Positions 63,121 through 64,000 of a stretch of 64,000 nucleotides of DNA are shown here, piece after piece (the first letter of the stretch is position 1; every line of letters starts with the position of its first letter). The DNA is from Hydrolagus colliei (taxonomy: Eukaryota), in NCBI GenBank assembly GCA_035084275.1, contig CM068750.1:10726001-10790000 (forward strand). Reading direction: 5' to 3'. A program made the position numbers and the translations under genes. The notes under the pieces are model-generated. The model did no database searches. It saw only the letters and a program-made list of their open reading frames with translations, and was not told the DNA's origin.

Positions 63121-64000
63121 CTGCCCTGAAATGAGGATAAGGAGGAGACCTAGGAAAAGCCTTGAGGTGCACGGCAGGTGACCATGTAAGGGCAGGAGGC
63201 AGAACCATTGGAGGAATCAAAGTGGAAGCAATTCTGCAATATAAATATTTTATTATTATGTTAATTTGTAATTTAAATTTAAATCAGAATTGACAAAGAA
63301 AATGCTTACTGCATTTATTATTGGTTGTAATTATCTAAGTGTATGTGATACTTAAGAGTATAAAATGTCAATCTATAATATGGTGATGTTATTCTCAAGA
63401 TCCAAATGCATTCTGTAATTCTTCATGCACTTCCTCCTCCCAGTATTTTTACCTTGTAAACTAGAGCAGATTTCCAGCACGTGTGGACTTTCCTAAAGGA
63501 ACTAGACACAACTAAAACAATTCAGGATTGTTTAATTTAGAAATTGTTTTTTCAATGTAATTTTGTTGGAATTTGGATGTTTTAGTCTTTGCTGAAATTA
63601 TTATGTTACTATACATATTTGCAATTTATAATCTCAGTTGTAAAATAGTGAAAAGGGACCCTATAGATAGTTCATATGATTTTACAAGAAAATATTCCTG
63701 ATTCTTGACATTTCTGTATTTAGATGTTCATGGCACAAATTTTAGAAAATATATTTTAAATAATTTTTAATTCTTGAATTACAATTACAATACCTTCTGT
63801 ATATAAAGATTAAAATACTTAAAGATGTTTTTACACTGTTTCCAATTACATTTTACATATAATTTACAAATCGATCAGAATACCTTTCTTTGGTCCCATA
63901 TTGTAGCTGGTACCTTACACAAGGGAAAATAGCAACTGGTATTGCGGAATGTTGTTTCTTGCTGTCACCTGTTTTTATAAACAAAAAAAATGCAAACAAA

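Noticed and set aside
1-64000. CRISPR arrays, operons or prokaryotic defence systems
   Set aside because: This is a vertebrate gene-desert locus. The recurring motifs are dispersed SINE/LINE tails, not regularly spaced repeat-spacer arrays.

Overview
Vertebrate genomic DNA with one protein-coding gene: an intronless FOXG1 (forkhead box G1) at 32846-34081 (+, 411 aa). It has a GC-rich promoter, a uORF-containing leader and a 3'UTR with miR-9, miR-200 and miR-30 seed sites. The repeats (tRNA/Deu-domain SINEs, L2 and CR1 LINEs) and the short-His FoxG1 suggest a cartilaginous fish, probably a holocephalan such as the elephant shark; this is inference. The rest is gene desert: SINE and LINE fossils, a TTAA-flanked MITE, a decayed hAT-like transposase, microsatellites and candidate conserved non-coding elements. 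The most notable structure is (i) two overlapping uORFs whose last stop shares a base with the FOXG1 start (TGATG), and (ii) a ~38 kb AT-rich but CpG-retaining domain around FOXG1, between CpG-depleted flanks, with SINE copies as an internal control. I found no new multi-gene system; all other ORF-track entries look spurious or repeat-derived. Family assignments are from recalled consensus motifs, not database searches.
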